NCBI GenBank assembly: GCA_900546925.1
Contig: UREV01000008.1
Location: 7,965-71,964 of the forward strand
Length of the DNA: 64,000 bases
From: an uncultured Bacteroides sp.
GTDB taxonomy: Bacteria > Bacteroidota > Bacteroidia > Bacteroidales > UBA932
Reading direction: 5' to 3'
The notes beneath the pieces were generated by a model. That model had not been told where the DNA came from and made no database searches. It worked only from the letters and a program-made list of their open reading frames with translations. Shown here in pieces: positions 49,780-58,638 of this stretch. The translations under genes were made by a program, and so were the position numbers. Position 1 is the stretch's first letter; every line of letters begins with the position of its first letter.

Positions 49780-50252
49780 TTTGCTCCTTCTTCTAGTTCG
49801 CATCCGCGGAATCCCATTTCTTCTGCTTTCTGTTTGGAAGCGCAGAAGTATACCAATGTGGCTTTAGTGCAAACTTCTCCGTTACTGTTATAGATTTCGC
49901 CTTCGATGAAGGCCACGTTGCGCATCTGGCGTGTGAGGCGGGCGCGGATGACAAGTTCTTTGTCGCGTGTGGAAACTGGTTTGAGATACTTTACTTCCAT
50001 GCTTGATGTCACTCCTGTAGTCTGCAGTTTGCGTGTCACGACCCAGCCTGCCACTTCGTCGAGCAGCATCGACTGGATGCCGCCGTGAAGCGTGTCTATC
50101 CATCCCTGGTAATTCTGTGTCGGTGTCCATTTCGTAAGGACATCTTCGCCATCTTCCCAAAATTCCAAATGCAGTCCCACAGGGTTCTCGGGACCACAGC
50201 AAATGCAATTATATCCAGGCTCGTGCAGCCACGGATTCTTTATCTTTTTCAT
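49776..50252 (-). CDS. PaaI-family thioesterase
   Basis: C..C...NP.GL.L.F, LHGGIQS..LDE, V.Y.KPV. Confidence 0.88.
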   Translation of the reverse strand: MKKIKNPWLHEPGYNCICCGPENPVGLHLEFWEDGEDVLTKWTPTQNYQGWIDTLHGGIQSMLLDEVAGWVVTRKLQTTGVTSSMEVKYLKPVSTRDKELVIRARLTRQMRNVAFIEGEIYNSNGEVCTKATLVYFCASKQKAEEMGFRGCELEEGAK

Positions 50253-50390
50253 CGTCTTAAAAATGACCTTATGTCTATTTAATAGTTCTACGCTAAGATA
50301 GCGTGAAATACTCGAAAATGCAAAATAATGCACTTTTCCATAATTCGAAATTATTCTATAAATTTGACCCCGTTTGTTCAAGTCAGGTAT

Positions 50391-51302
50391 ATGTGGTTAT
50401 CATTAGCTTTTTTGTCGGCGGCCCTTTTGGGCTTTTATGATTCTTGTAAGAAGCAGGCTCTGGGTGGCAATGCTGTCATTCCAGTGCTATTCCTGAATAC
50501 ATTGTTCTGTTCTCTCATATTCATTCCGTTGATCGTCCTTTCATATTGTACGTCAGCTCTCGACGGCAGTGTCCTCAAGGTCGGTGCTTATGGCGGTTGG
50601 GAGGTTCAGAGATGGATAGTGCTCAAGAGCGCTATCGTCTTGAGTTCGTGGGTTCTCGGCTATTTCGGAATGAAGCACCTGCCTCTGACCATTGTGGGTC
50701 CGATCAATGCTACCAGACCGGTGCTTGTATTGGTCGGGGCAATGCTGCTTTTCGGGGAGAAGCTCAATTATCTCCAGTGGACCGGTGTCCTGTTGGCTAT
50801 TGTGTCATTTTTTATGCTGAGCCGCAGCGGCAAGAAGGAGGGGATAGATTTCGAACATAATGTCTGGATTTATGCAGTGGGCGGTGCGGCAATCTTGGGT
50901 GCAGCAAGCGGATTGTACGACAAGTTCCTGATGAATCCTGATGGATTGGCGTTGGACAAGATGGCGGTCCAGAGCTGGTATAACATCTACCAATGCGGAA
51001 TGATGGGTGTGATGCTGATGCTTATCTGGTATCCGAACCGGAAAAAGACGACGAAGTTCCGCTGGAAGTGGTCTATCATATTCATTTCCATATTCTTGAG
51101 TGTCGCCGATTTTGTCTATCTCTACGCATTGTCTCTGCCTGGCGCGATGATTTCCATCGTCTCGATGGTCCGCCGTGGCAGCGTCATAGTCAGCTTCCTC
51201 TTCGCCGCCCTAGTATTCAAGGAAAAGAATCTCAGAAGCAAAGCTGTCGACCTGGCATTCGTTCTCCTGGGAATGGTCTTCCTCTATCTCGGTTCGCGGT
51301 AG
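50391..51302 (+). CDS. DMT/EamA-family transporter
   Basis: About 10 TMs, two EamA-like repeats, FKEKN near the C-terminus. Confidence 0.85.
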   Translation: MWLSLAFLSAALLGFYDSCKKQALGGNAVIPVLFLNTLFCSLIFIPLIVLSYCTSALDGSVLKVGAYGGWEVQRWIVLKSAIVLSSWVLGYFGMKHLPLTIVGPINATRPVLVLVGAMLLFGEKLNYLQWTGVLLAIVSFFMLSRSGKKEGIDFEHNVWIYAVGGAAILGAASGLYDKFLMNPDGLALDKMAVQSWYNIYQCGMMGVMLMLIWYPNRKKTTKFRWKWSIIFISIFLSVADFVYLYALSLPGAMISIVSMVRRGSVIVSFLFAALVFKEKNLRSKAVDLAFVLLGMVFLYLGSR

Positions 51303-51312
51303 GGGAGTTGCT

Positions 51313-51927
51313 CTAACGCGTGCTTCTCTTCTGCACGTCTTTTTCTTCGGCGATGACATCTTGGTCTTTTAAGTATTCGGAGTTGTATTTGCCTCTTGGG
51401 ATGTCTCTGAAAATATAATAGTTGGCAGCTCTTGCAGCTTCGATGTGATCGGTGAGGGCAGTATTGATTGCAGATACTGCCAAGTCTACGAGAGAGCCGA
51501 GGATGGAACCCCCTCCGGAATTAGTATGCAGATCAAGGGTCAAATCACAGCTTCTGTCGAAGATGATGTCACCAGTGTATGCGGATTTGATGAAGTATCT
51601 GATTTCTGTGTTGATGGTGAAGCCCTGTTTTGCCCATGTCTTTATCTCTGAGAAGACCACTGCATCACATCCGAAATAATTGTGGAACGTGCTGAGGGAG
51701 CCGTTGACAAACATTTCTGAATCATAGGCGCTTTCGGCTTTCAATATATCCATGGCCAACAGAGGGGAAATTACATAATATCCTGCTTCTGCGAGGGGCT
51801 TGCTTATGGATGTGTATAGAAGGTCTTTTGCCTCGACATTGCTGCTGTTGTTTATCGGAGGCATTACCAGTAACGTGACGGGCTTTTCCTCGTACATCTT
51901 TGCATATTGCTGACCTCTTGTAACTTC
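51313..51927 (-). pseudogene. DUF799-type lipoprotein lacking its signal peptide
   Basis: VTRGQQYAKMYEEKP..LLVMPPIN; in-frame TAA 14 codons before the MYEEK Met and no lipobox. Confidence 0.6.
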
Positions 51928-52011
51928 AGCCCAGGTTTATGCGGTAGTGATGCGCTATCCGGACACATTCGTAAAGGCTGAAGGGCGAATTATGCTGATG
52001 ATATGACGTTG

Positions 52012-52305
52012 TTATCTTGTCAGTATATAGCGCAACGCTTCCAGTGGGTGATGGAATATCATCCGAGGTCCGCTGAACCGCATGACTTCGCGTATCTTTT
52101 CCCTCATGTCTGGACGGTAGCAATGGATAGGGCATTTATGGCATTTGGTTTTTCTTTCACCGAACTTGCATCGGTCGAGTCTGGCCGTTGCATACGTCAG
52201 TAGTTCTCTGCACTCTTCACATAGTTCCTTTTTACCATGCTTTTTTCTGCACCACAGTTCGATCATGTGCCGTACTGTGGTCTTCTCCCACTCTATTCGG
52301 TTCAT
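52012..52305 (-). CDS. YgbA / nitrous-oxide-stimulated-promoter family protein
   Basis: EK.TV..MI..WC...H, RL.RC.FGE.K..C..C..HCY, VMR.SGPRM. Confidence 0.88.
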   Translation of the reverse strand: MNRIEWEKTTVRHMIELWCRKKHGKKELCEECRELLTYATARLDRCKFGERKTKCHKCPIHCYRPDMREKIREVMRFSGPRMIFHHPLEALRYILTR

Positions 52306-52399
52306 TATGTGTTTGTATTATTCTGCTTGCAAAGGCGAAGATACGACTTAAATCTGATAACATCAATCATCACTGGAGACTTTTCTCTGTTTTTCAGTC

Positions 52400-52501
52400 A
52401 GTATGACCGGTTATGCCGGAGGAATCGACAGGAAGATTAAATTGCTTGAAATGGAACGTTCGGCCTGTGTCGGGACTATGCTACATCTATTTCGGGAATA
52501 A
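52400..52501 (+). pseudogene. C-terminal relic of O6-methylguanine-DNA methyltransferase (Ogt/Ada-like)
   Basis: SMTGYAGGIDRKIKLLEME; the catalytic PCHR region is absent. Confidence 0.7.
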
Positions 52502-52547
52502 ACTGTAAGAGTGCATTGGTATAAATGATTATTAACTTTTTGTGAAG

Positions 52548-52688
52548 ATGAACAAGGATGTTGCTTTAGTACTTTCAAGTGGCGGTCCGAGGGGATTTGC
52601 CTATATCGGGGCCATTGAAGAATTGGAAAGTAGCGGGTACAATATTACTTCAGTGACGGGGTGCTCGATAGGCTCGCAAATAATCTGA
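52548..52688 (+). pseudogene. N-terminal relic of a patatin-like phospholipase
   Basis: MNKDVALVLSSGGPRGFAYIGAIEEL...VTGCSIGS then a stop after 46 codons. Confidence 0.8.
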
Positions 52689-52766
52689 ACTAATGGAGTT
52701 ATTTTGTTAATTAGAGCAAATCGATTAATTTTGTTTGGAACCGGATAATTGGTCGGATATTGAGAG

Positions 52767-54818
52767 ATGGAAAGTGGAAATTTTGAATTGAATGTTGCCA
52801 GGTTTATCGTAGAGAAGACGGATATGAGTCTGTTTCTTACTGGCAAGGCGGGGACGGGAAAAACCACGTTCCTCCGTGAAGTCGTGCGCCATACGAAAAA
52901 GAAATGTATAGTGCTGGCTCCTACCGGAATAGCTGCTGTCAATGCCGGGGCGATGACGATTCATTCCTTTTTTCAGTTCGGAATCGGACCTTTCATAAAA
53001 GGAGTCATTGAACCTAAATCTGACTTCAGGATAAACAAGTCCAAATTGGAACTGATACGTAACCTCCAGTTGCTGATAATCGATGAGGTGTCGATGGTGC
53101 GTGCGGATCTTATGGATCACATCGATGTAGAACTCAGACGTATCCGGCGTAACAGCAAACCGTTCGGCGGGGTGCAGCTTCTCATGATCGGGGATCTGCA
53201 GCAGCTCCCTCCGATTGCCCACGGCGGTGAAGATGAACTTCTGAGACAGTACTACAAGACGTTGTATTTCTTCAGCAGTGCTGCGCTTAAAAGTATGAAA
53301 TACAGCTGTATAGAGCTTAAAACCGTATATCGCCAGACTGACGGGCATTTCATCAATATCCTGAACCACGCCCGAGAATGTACATTGACAAATCAAGACA
53401 TTTCTGACCTCAATGCCCGCTATATTCCTGACTTCTCGCCGAAGCCCGAAGACGGCTATATCAGGCTGATGACCCACAATCGCCAGGTGGATTATGTCAA
53501 TGCTGCCGAAATGGCAAAGCTTGACAGTCAGCCATTTACATTTGAAGCTGCGGTGACGGGTACATTCCCCGAAGAATCTTATCCGACTGCGGACAGCCTC
53601 ACACTGAAGAAAGGCGCCCAGGTGATGTTCATCAAGAATGATCCGGAGAGGCGATTCATCAACGGTACCCTCGGAGAGGTCAAGAACATTGACAAAAACT
53701 GCATTTCCGTAAGGCTGGCGGAGTCGGGGCAGACGATAGAGGTCGAGCCGATGGAGTGGCAGAACATCCGATATCAGTTCGACGACGAGACTAAAGAGAT
53801 ATCATCCAAGCAGATAGGTCGCTTCAAGCAATATCCGCTGAAAGCCGCGTGGGCCATAACCATTCATAAGAGCCAGGGCCTCACATTCGACAAGGCTATC
53901 ATCGACGTTCATGCGGCATTCTCGCCCGGTCAAGCCTATGTCGCGCTCAGCCGTTGCCGCACTTTGGAGGGGCTGGTCCTGAGCTCGCCCGTTTCGGCGT
54001 CTGTTTTCATGAAGGACAATGCCGTCGATGCGTATATGCGCTACATTTATTGTCCGGTGGAAGAGCTCGCGTTTTCCTCGTGTTTTGAGTATTTCGAGTA
54101 TGAGAAAAAGCCTGAGCCTGAAGTCGTTGCCTCTGCGGGTAAGGTCAATGCCGAAAAACCGGCGGTGCCTGCGAAAATCCCCGATACGGCCCTTGCACGT
54201 GAACTGAGGTCTTGGAGATACGAGCGGGCAAGCGAAATTGACAAGCCTGCGTTTGTGGTATTTTCCAATGCCGCACTGGCTGGGATTGCCCATCTTCGAC
54301 CTACGACATTGACAGAACTCCTGAATGTGCCGGGAGTCGGGCCGTCGAAGGTCAATGCCTATGGGGAGGAGATTATCGGCATTGTTCAAAGTCATCTTGA
54401 GGATGATGATTTCGAACAGGGCGGGACTTTCTCCGAAGCAAGTGAGGCGGATAGCCCGGATGTCGTTTCTGATGCGCCTAAAAAGGTGAAGAAAGAGGAA
54501 CTGCGTGATGATGACGGCAATAAACTTACGACTGTGGAATATTCTTATTGGCTTTATAAACAAGGATATACGATAGCTCAGATTGCTGAAAAGCGAGGGC
54601 TGAATCCTGTTACGATAGAGGGGCATCTGGCCCGTTACGTGGCAACTGGGGATATCGATGTCCATGATTTTATCGATGGTGATACCTTGGAGAAGGTCGA
54701 AGCATACCTCGCAGGACATTCAGATGAGAAGGCATTGAAACCGATCTACGAATATTTCGATTCAAAGATCTCCTACGGGGCCCTTCGTATGGCCATTGCC
54801 GCCATCAGGAAGGAATAA
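52767..54818 (+). CDS. PIF1-like SF1B helicase with HRDC and C-terminal HTH domains
   Basis: TGKAGTGKT, APTGIAA, DEVSM, GDLQQLPP, TIHKSQG, GQAYVALSR; HRDC PAFVVFSN..L..IA..RP; IA.KRGL...TIEGHL. Confidence 0.9.
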   Translation: MESGNFELNVARFIVEKTDMSLFLTGKAGTGKTTFLREVVRHTKKKCIVLAPTGIAAVNAGAMTIHSFFQFGIGPFIKGVIEPKSDFRINKSKLELIRNLQLLIIDEVSMVRADLMDHIDVELRRIRRNSKPFGGVQLLMIGDLQQLPPIAHGGEDELLRQYYKTLYFFSSAALKSMKYSCIELKTVYRQTDGHFINILNHARECTLTNQDISDLNARYIPDFSPKPEDGYIRLMTHNRQVDYVNAAEMAKLDSQPFTFEAAVTGTFPEESYPTADSLTLKKGAQVMFIKNDPERRFINGTLGEVKNIDKNCISVRLAESGQTIEVEPMEWQNIRYQFDDETKEISSKQIGRFKQYPLKAAWAITIHKSQGLTFDKAIIDVHAAFSPGQAYVALSRCRTLEGLVLSSPVSASVFMKDNAVDAYMRYIYCPVEELAFSSCFEYFEYEKKPEPEVVASAGKVNAEKPAVPAKIPDTALARELRSWRYERASEIDKPAFVVFSNAALAGIAHLRPTTLTELLNVPGVGPSKVNAYGEEIIGIVQSHLEDDDFEQGGTFSEASEADSPDVVSDAPKKVKKEELRDDDGNKLTTVEYSYWLYKQGYTIAQIAEKRGLNPVTIEGHLARYVATGDIDVHDFIDGDTLEKVEAYLAGHSDEKALKPIYEYFDSKISYGALRMAIAAIRKE

Positions 54819-54840
54819 TCCTGCGCAGATGCCTTTCTGG

Positions 54841-55845
54841 CTACTCGGACTCTCTGACAAACCTCGCAATCCTCTCATTTACAATCCTGATGTATTTTCT
54901 TTTCAGCTTATCAGGGAGGAAACTTCTGTCTATCAACTCAAGAGATTTCTCGGGAAGACTTACATATTTATCAAGTATTTTCTTGGTACGTAGCTTCACA
55001 ATTCCTATCCTTTCTGCGAATCTTTCGAAATCCAAACGGCAAGGATGACCGGTCTGCACATAAACATCACTCTTAATGATATTTGGAGACAGACCACCAT
55101 CGAGACCCAGGTCATCCCCATTCACATGAAGGCTGGTATTGAGAAGGTCGTATGCAGGCGCAAGACGGTAATCCTCACCTTGGAGGATAAGTGAAAAGTT
55201 CTTCAGATGATCATCTCCGTTTGCGTATATATAGTTGAATACTACAAGTTCAAAGAATCTCTCCATATCAACCATCCAAGCGGACACATTCTCTCTTATT
55301 GCGACTGCGATATCTTCGAAACATCCTGCATATTTGAATCCCTCTCCATCATTCTGTTCATTTCTGCCTGTTACAGCCGCAAAATCCTCCATAGCCAGTT
55401 TGTTTCCATCTGGCAAAACATCAAAGCGTTTTGTGATATATACCCTCTGTCCATTCTCGGTGAAACACAAGCCGTTAGCGGCAGTGACAATGCCATATAC
55501 CTGAGAAGCAATCTGCATGGTCAGGTTCTCATTTATCGGGATGAACTTGCGATCTAAAAGCGTAGGGTCCCAAGGTGCAGGTTTAAGGATGTGGGTAGAG
55601 CGCTCGTCATCATTGATTATGCGTATCTGACCATCATCAATGATTGCAGGAAATTTTTCCTGGACACCAGACACTGAGATCCTTTTCATGGCTTTCGCGA
55701 TTTCTCCGGTATTTCGGAACTCATCTATGTTGAAGTTAAGTACATGGCTGACACGCTTCCCGTCGAACAGAAGCTTTATCGCCTTTGGACAGTATGTAGT
55801 ATATCCATCCGTAAGAAGGGATGGGCAATTATGCAATTCTATCAT
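54841..55845 (-). CDS. HipA/HipT-family kinase toxin
   Basis: ISVSGVQEK, ILKP, NE.LTM, KRFD, D.HLKNFS, APAYDL. Confidence 0.92.
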   Translation of the reverse strand: MIELHNCPSLLTDGYTTYCPKAIKLLFDGKRVSHVLNFNIDEFRNTGEIAKAMKRISVSGVQEKFPAIIDDGQIRIINDDERSTHILKPAPWDPTLLDRKFIPINENLTMQIASQVYGIVTAANGLCFTENGQRVYITKRFDVLPDGNKLAMEDFAAVTGRNEQNDGEGFKYAGCFEDIAVAIRENVSAWMVDMERFFELVVFNYIYANGDDHLKNFSLILQGEDYRLAPAYDLLNTSLHVNGDDLGLDGGLSPNIIKSDVYVQTGHPCRLDFERFAERIGIVKLRTKKILDKYVSLPEKSLELIDRSFLPDKLKRKYIRIVNERIARFVRESE

Positions 55846-56168
55846 TTCTCTAATGTTTTAACATTGACGGCCCCTATGAAATCTCTATCTGCCATGGCCA
55901 TAAGCATACCGAAGAAATCTTTTTCATCGATTCTGGATGACCGGCAAATAATCTTTCTATTGGCCCCTTCGGGCAACATATTTGAAAACAAAGGAAATAG
56001 ATGTTCAGACTCGTATGCCTCTACCCTTTTCGGGAGAGTAACTGAAATCGGTGGCATGCTGGTTGCCAGATATTCAGGATAGTAGCAGAATGAATATCCT
56101 TTGCCTGGGCGGTTCTCTGTCAACAATCCGGCCCTATGGCTGTTCATATAAACTTCCAATTGTCTCAT
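55842..56168 (-). CDS. HipA N-terminal-domain protein (HipS-like)
   Basis: AG.L.E, Y.F.Y...Y, ISVTLP, LFP.F.N.LPEG; 4-bp overlap with the kinase. Confidence 0.88.
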   Translation of the reverse strand: MRQLEVYMNSHRAGLLTENRPGKGYSFCYYPEYLATSMPPISVTLPKRVEAYESEHLFPLFSNMLPEGANRKIICRSSRIDEKDFFGMLMAMADRDFIGAVNVKTLEK

Positions 56169-56186
56169 AATCGATAATGCTGGTTA

Positions 56187-56387
56187 TCAAATCTTTTGAC
56201 GCACACGGTACACTATTTCCATACCAAGTACATCAAGCAACTTTGAGATGGTTGACAATGACGGGTTTGCAAGCCCGCGCTCTATATCCTTCACTGTCGG
56301 GAGACTGATGCCTGACATTTCAGCAAGATCCTGCTGTGATATGCCAAGCACCTTCCTGCGGGCTTTAATCACTTCTCGTAAGTTCAT
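56187..56387 (-). CDS. HTH transcriptional regulator (HipB-like)
   Basis: RRKVLGISQQDLAEMSGISL.TV..IERG.ANPS XRE HTH. Confidence 0.9.
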   Translation of the reverse strand: MNLREVIKARRKVLGISQQDLAEMSGISLPTVKDIERGLANPSLSTISKLLDVLGMEIVYRVRQKI

Positions 56388-56528
56388 AAGTCTAATTTAT
56401 TATACTTTTCCGCAAATATAGTAAACTTTCCATAATAAGTGCAACAAAAGTCTATTATATTATACATTTTGCATTATTAGCTCTTGAATACTCAATTCAA
56501 CAGGAAGTAAGTATAATATATTATACTT
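56388..56528. promoter_or_regulatory. Three palindromic operators plus the -7 box of the hip operon
   Basis: AAGTATAATATATTATACTT (56509-56528) with variants at 56388-56407 and 56448-56467; TATATTTG on minus at 56420-56413. Confidence 0.8.
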
Positions 56529-56686
56529 TAGTCGTTTGGCACGAAAAAGAAAATGTGCGATTATTTCTGTCATGTTACTAAATTACAACATTTTCTGTAA
56601 TAATCTGCAGGCGGATTAGAGCAAATGCATTAACTTTGTTCGAAAACAAAAAGATTATGTCAAAGGTCGATAAATATGACGTCAAT

Positions 56687-57328
56687 ATGAAGAGAATTCA
56701 CATATTTGTACTTATAACTCTATTATTGATAATTATTTCCTGCGGCAGGAACCAGGAAAAACTTCCGACGTTGGTGCTTCATCCTCACGAGGAAGTGCCT
56801 GGCAGCATTGACCTAAAATCTTATAAGTCGGTCTTTTTGGCGGGGACGATCGACATGGGTAACAGCGTGGATTGGCAGGCGGAGGCGGCGGATTTTTTCG
56901 AGAATTCGCGCGGCAGCTGGATTTTGTTTAATCCTCGTCAGGGGTCTTGGGATCCAAATAAGAAGGGCGAGATGGATTATCAGGTCAATTGGGAGCTCGA
57001 GCACTTGGAGGAAGCTGATTTTATTCTCATGAACTTTCTTCCGGACAGCAAATCCCCAATCACTCTACTGGAATTGGGCCTGTTTGCGAAAAGCGGAAAG
57101 CTCTATGTAGTGTGCACGGAAGGTTTCTACAGATATGACAATGTCAGAATCACTTGCGCGAAATACGGCGTGCCTGTCTATGCTTCATTAACTGAGGCAA
57201 TCAGGGGCATTATCAGTTCTTCGTCAATGCGGGGCATGTCAAGTTTGCATTCCCGGACTGTGAATGCGCTCCAGCTGATCAAAATTATACCTTCAATGTC
57301 CGCAGATATTCCTTCTGCTCAGGCGTGA
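56687..57328 (+). CDS. Nucleoside 2-deoxyribosyltransferase-like protein with lipoprotein signal
   Basis: LLIIISC lipobox; VFLAG.I, NPR, QV.WE..HL..AD, SPITLLELG. Confidence 0.75.
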   Translation: MKRIHIFVLITLLLIIISCGRNQEKLPTLVLHPHEEVPGSIDLKSYKSVFLAGTIDMGNSVDWQAEAADFFENSRGSWILFNPRQGSWDPNKKGEMDYQVNWELEHLEEADFILMNFLPDSKSPITLLELGLFAKSGKLYVVCTEGFYRYDNVRITCAKYGVPVYASLTEAIRGIISSSSMRGMSSLHSRTVNALQLIKIIPSMSADIPSAQA

Positions 57329-57968
57329 TCCTGTAACTCTCGATGGCCTTCTGGATGGTCTTGTTGTGTGTCCATGGGGTGAGACGCTTCTGCTCGATGT
57401 AGGGAATCGTCGCGTCCCATTGCTTGGCAAGGGCGGTGGCGAAGAACCACGCTACCATCATTTTTACGTAATATTCTTCGCTCCTTGCTGATGCCGGAAT
57501 TTCAAGATATTCAGCCTTGAAGTCTTTGTCCAGGTAATGAGTCATAAGTGTCTCTATACCAAACCTGCAAGTGAAAGTTTGCCGCGAGCTGCTCCAGATT
57601 TTTATCTTTTCTGTCAATGCTGCCTTATGTTTTGCGAAGACTTTAGGAGACATGATATCGCAGACTGCCCAGTTGTCTACATAAGGAAGGAACGCATCTG
57701 TCAAACGGATGCATTCTTCATAGTCCTTGACTTGTGAGATAAGCAAGCTGTGCAGCATATTCTCGTCATAGTACTTGTGAGGCAACTGATGCACAAAATC
57801 ATTGACCTCAACCTCTTTGGCGAACTCCTTAGCGAACTTGCGAAGCTCGGGGACGCGAATGCCGATGAAACTTTCCGGCGGTACGCCCGGCGTCAGTTTG
57901 GACTGGAATGCGGCATACTGCTTGTCCTGCATGGCGAACAGCCTTTTTTGTAGTGGTGTGGTTTCCAT
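57285..57968 (-). CDS. DNA alkylation repair protein (AlkD-like)
   Basis: IGIRVPELRK, LPH.YY.E, VDNWAVCD, EYYV.MM.AW. Confidence 0.85.
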   Translation of the reverse strand: METTPLQKRLFAMQDKQYAAFQSKLTPGVPPESFIGIRVPELRKFAKEFAKEVEVNDFVHQLPHKYYDENMLHSLLISQVKDYEECIRLTDAFLPYVDNWAVCDIMSPKVFAKHKAALTEKIKIWSSSRQTFTCRFGIETLMTHYLDKDFKAEYLEIPASARSEEYYVKMMVAWFFATALAKQWDATIPYIEQKRLTPWTHNKTIQKAIESYRITPEQKEYLRTLKV

Positions 57969-57972
57969 AAGA

Positions 57973-58248
57973 TTATTTCAATGCCTTGCCGTCGGAGAAA
58001 GCGTTGCCTACTTTCTCGCCCAACTGGATATATCCATGATGGATAGGGTCGAAGACAATCAGTTCCATCTTCTTCGGGTCGTTCTTGGCGGAAACGATGC
58101 CTACGAAATCAGCGGCCACCATGGTTTTCCTGGTAGCGAAAGCGACAGTAAACTCGCCGTCAATCTTCAGGTTTTCTGTGGTGGCATGCTTCCCCATAGA
58201 GATCATAATCTCATTCACGTCCCACTGTCCAGCCCAGGCTGCGTTCAT
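57973..58248 (-). pseudogene. Flavin reductase family gene with internal deletion and missing N-terminus
   Basis: MNAAW, TTENL...GEFTV, AD.VGIVS, then jumps straight to the C-terminal FDP..H.Y..LGEKVGNAFSDG. Confidence 0.7.
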
Positions 58249-58496
58249 TGCCGACGATCAGATTGTTCCTTTCGACGACAGCATCCAGCATCCTGTGAGC
58301 CACGATGCAGGCCACATTGAAGAGCGCCCGGTCCACATCCTTCTCGGTTCCGATGTCGTTGGAGAATGTCCTTTTCATGAAGCTGAGATGCGAACTTTTT
58401 TCCCACCAGCCCGTTCTGCATCAGTTGCACTGCCGTCCAGCTCAGAAATGCCGAGTTGACGTCAATATGGAATATCACTCTTCTTCGTCTTGCCAT
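58213..58496 (-). pseudogene. Collapsed DNA polymerase IV (DinB) relic
   Basis: IFHIDVNSAFLSW, then LVGKKFASQL, then in another frame TFSNDI.....DRALF..A..VAHRM. Confidence 0.65.
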
Positions 58497-58638
58497 AGAT
58501 TTGTCTTGAACTAACGCTATAGGACTCCAAATTGCGCTAAGGCGCAACACGAAGTCCTATCGTGAGACGGAAATCTCTTCATCAATCAAATTTTTTCAGG
58601 GCCTCGTCTTTGCAGGCTTCCCCTCACACATCACAGAC

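Noticed and set aside
58518..58620. Integrase C-terminal relic (..KDEALKKFD*) and att-like hairpin ATAGGACT..TTGCGC/GCGCAA upstream of the dinB relic
   Set aside because: Too short to assign; no catalytic motif or matching second att site was seen.
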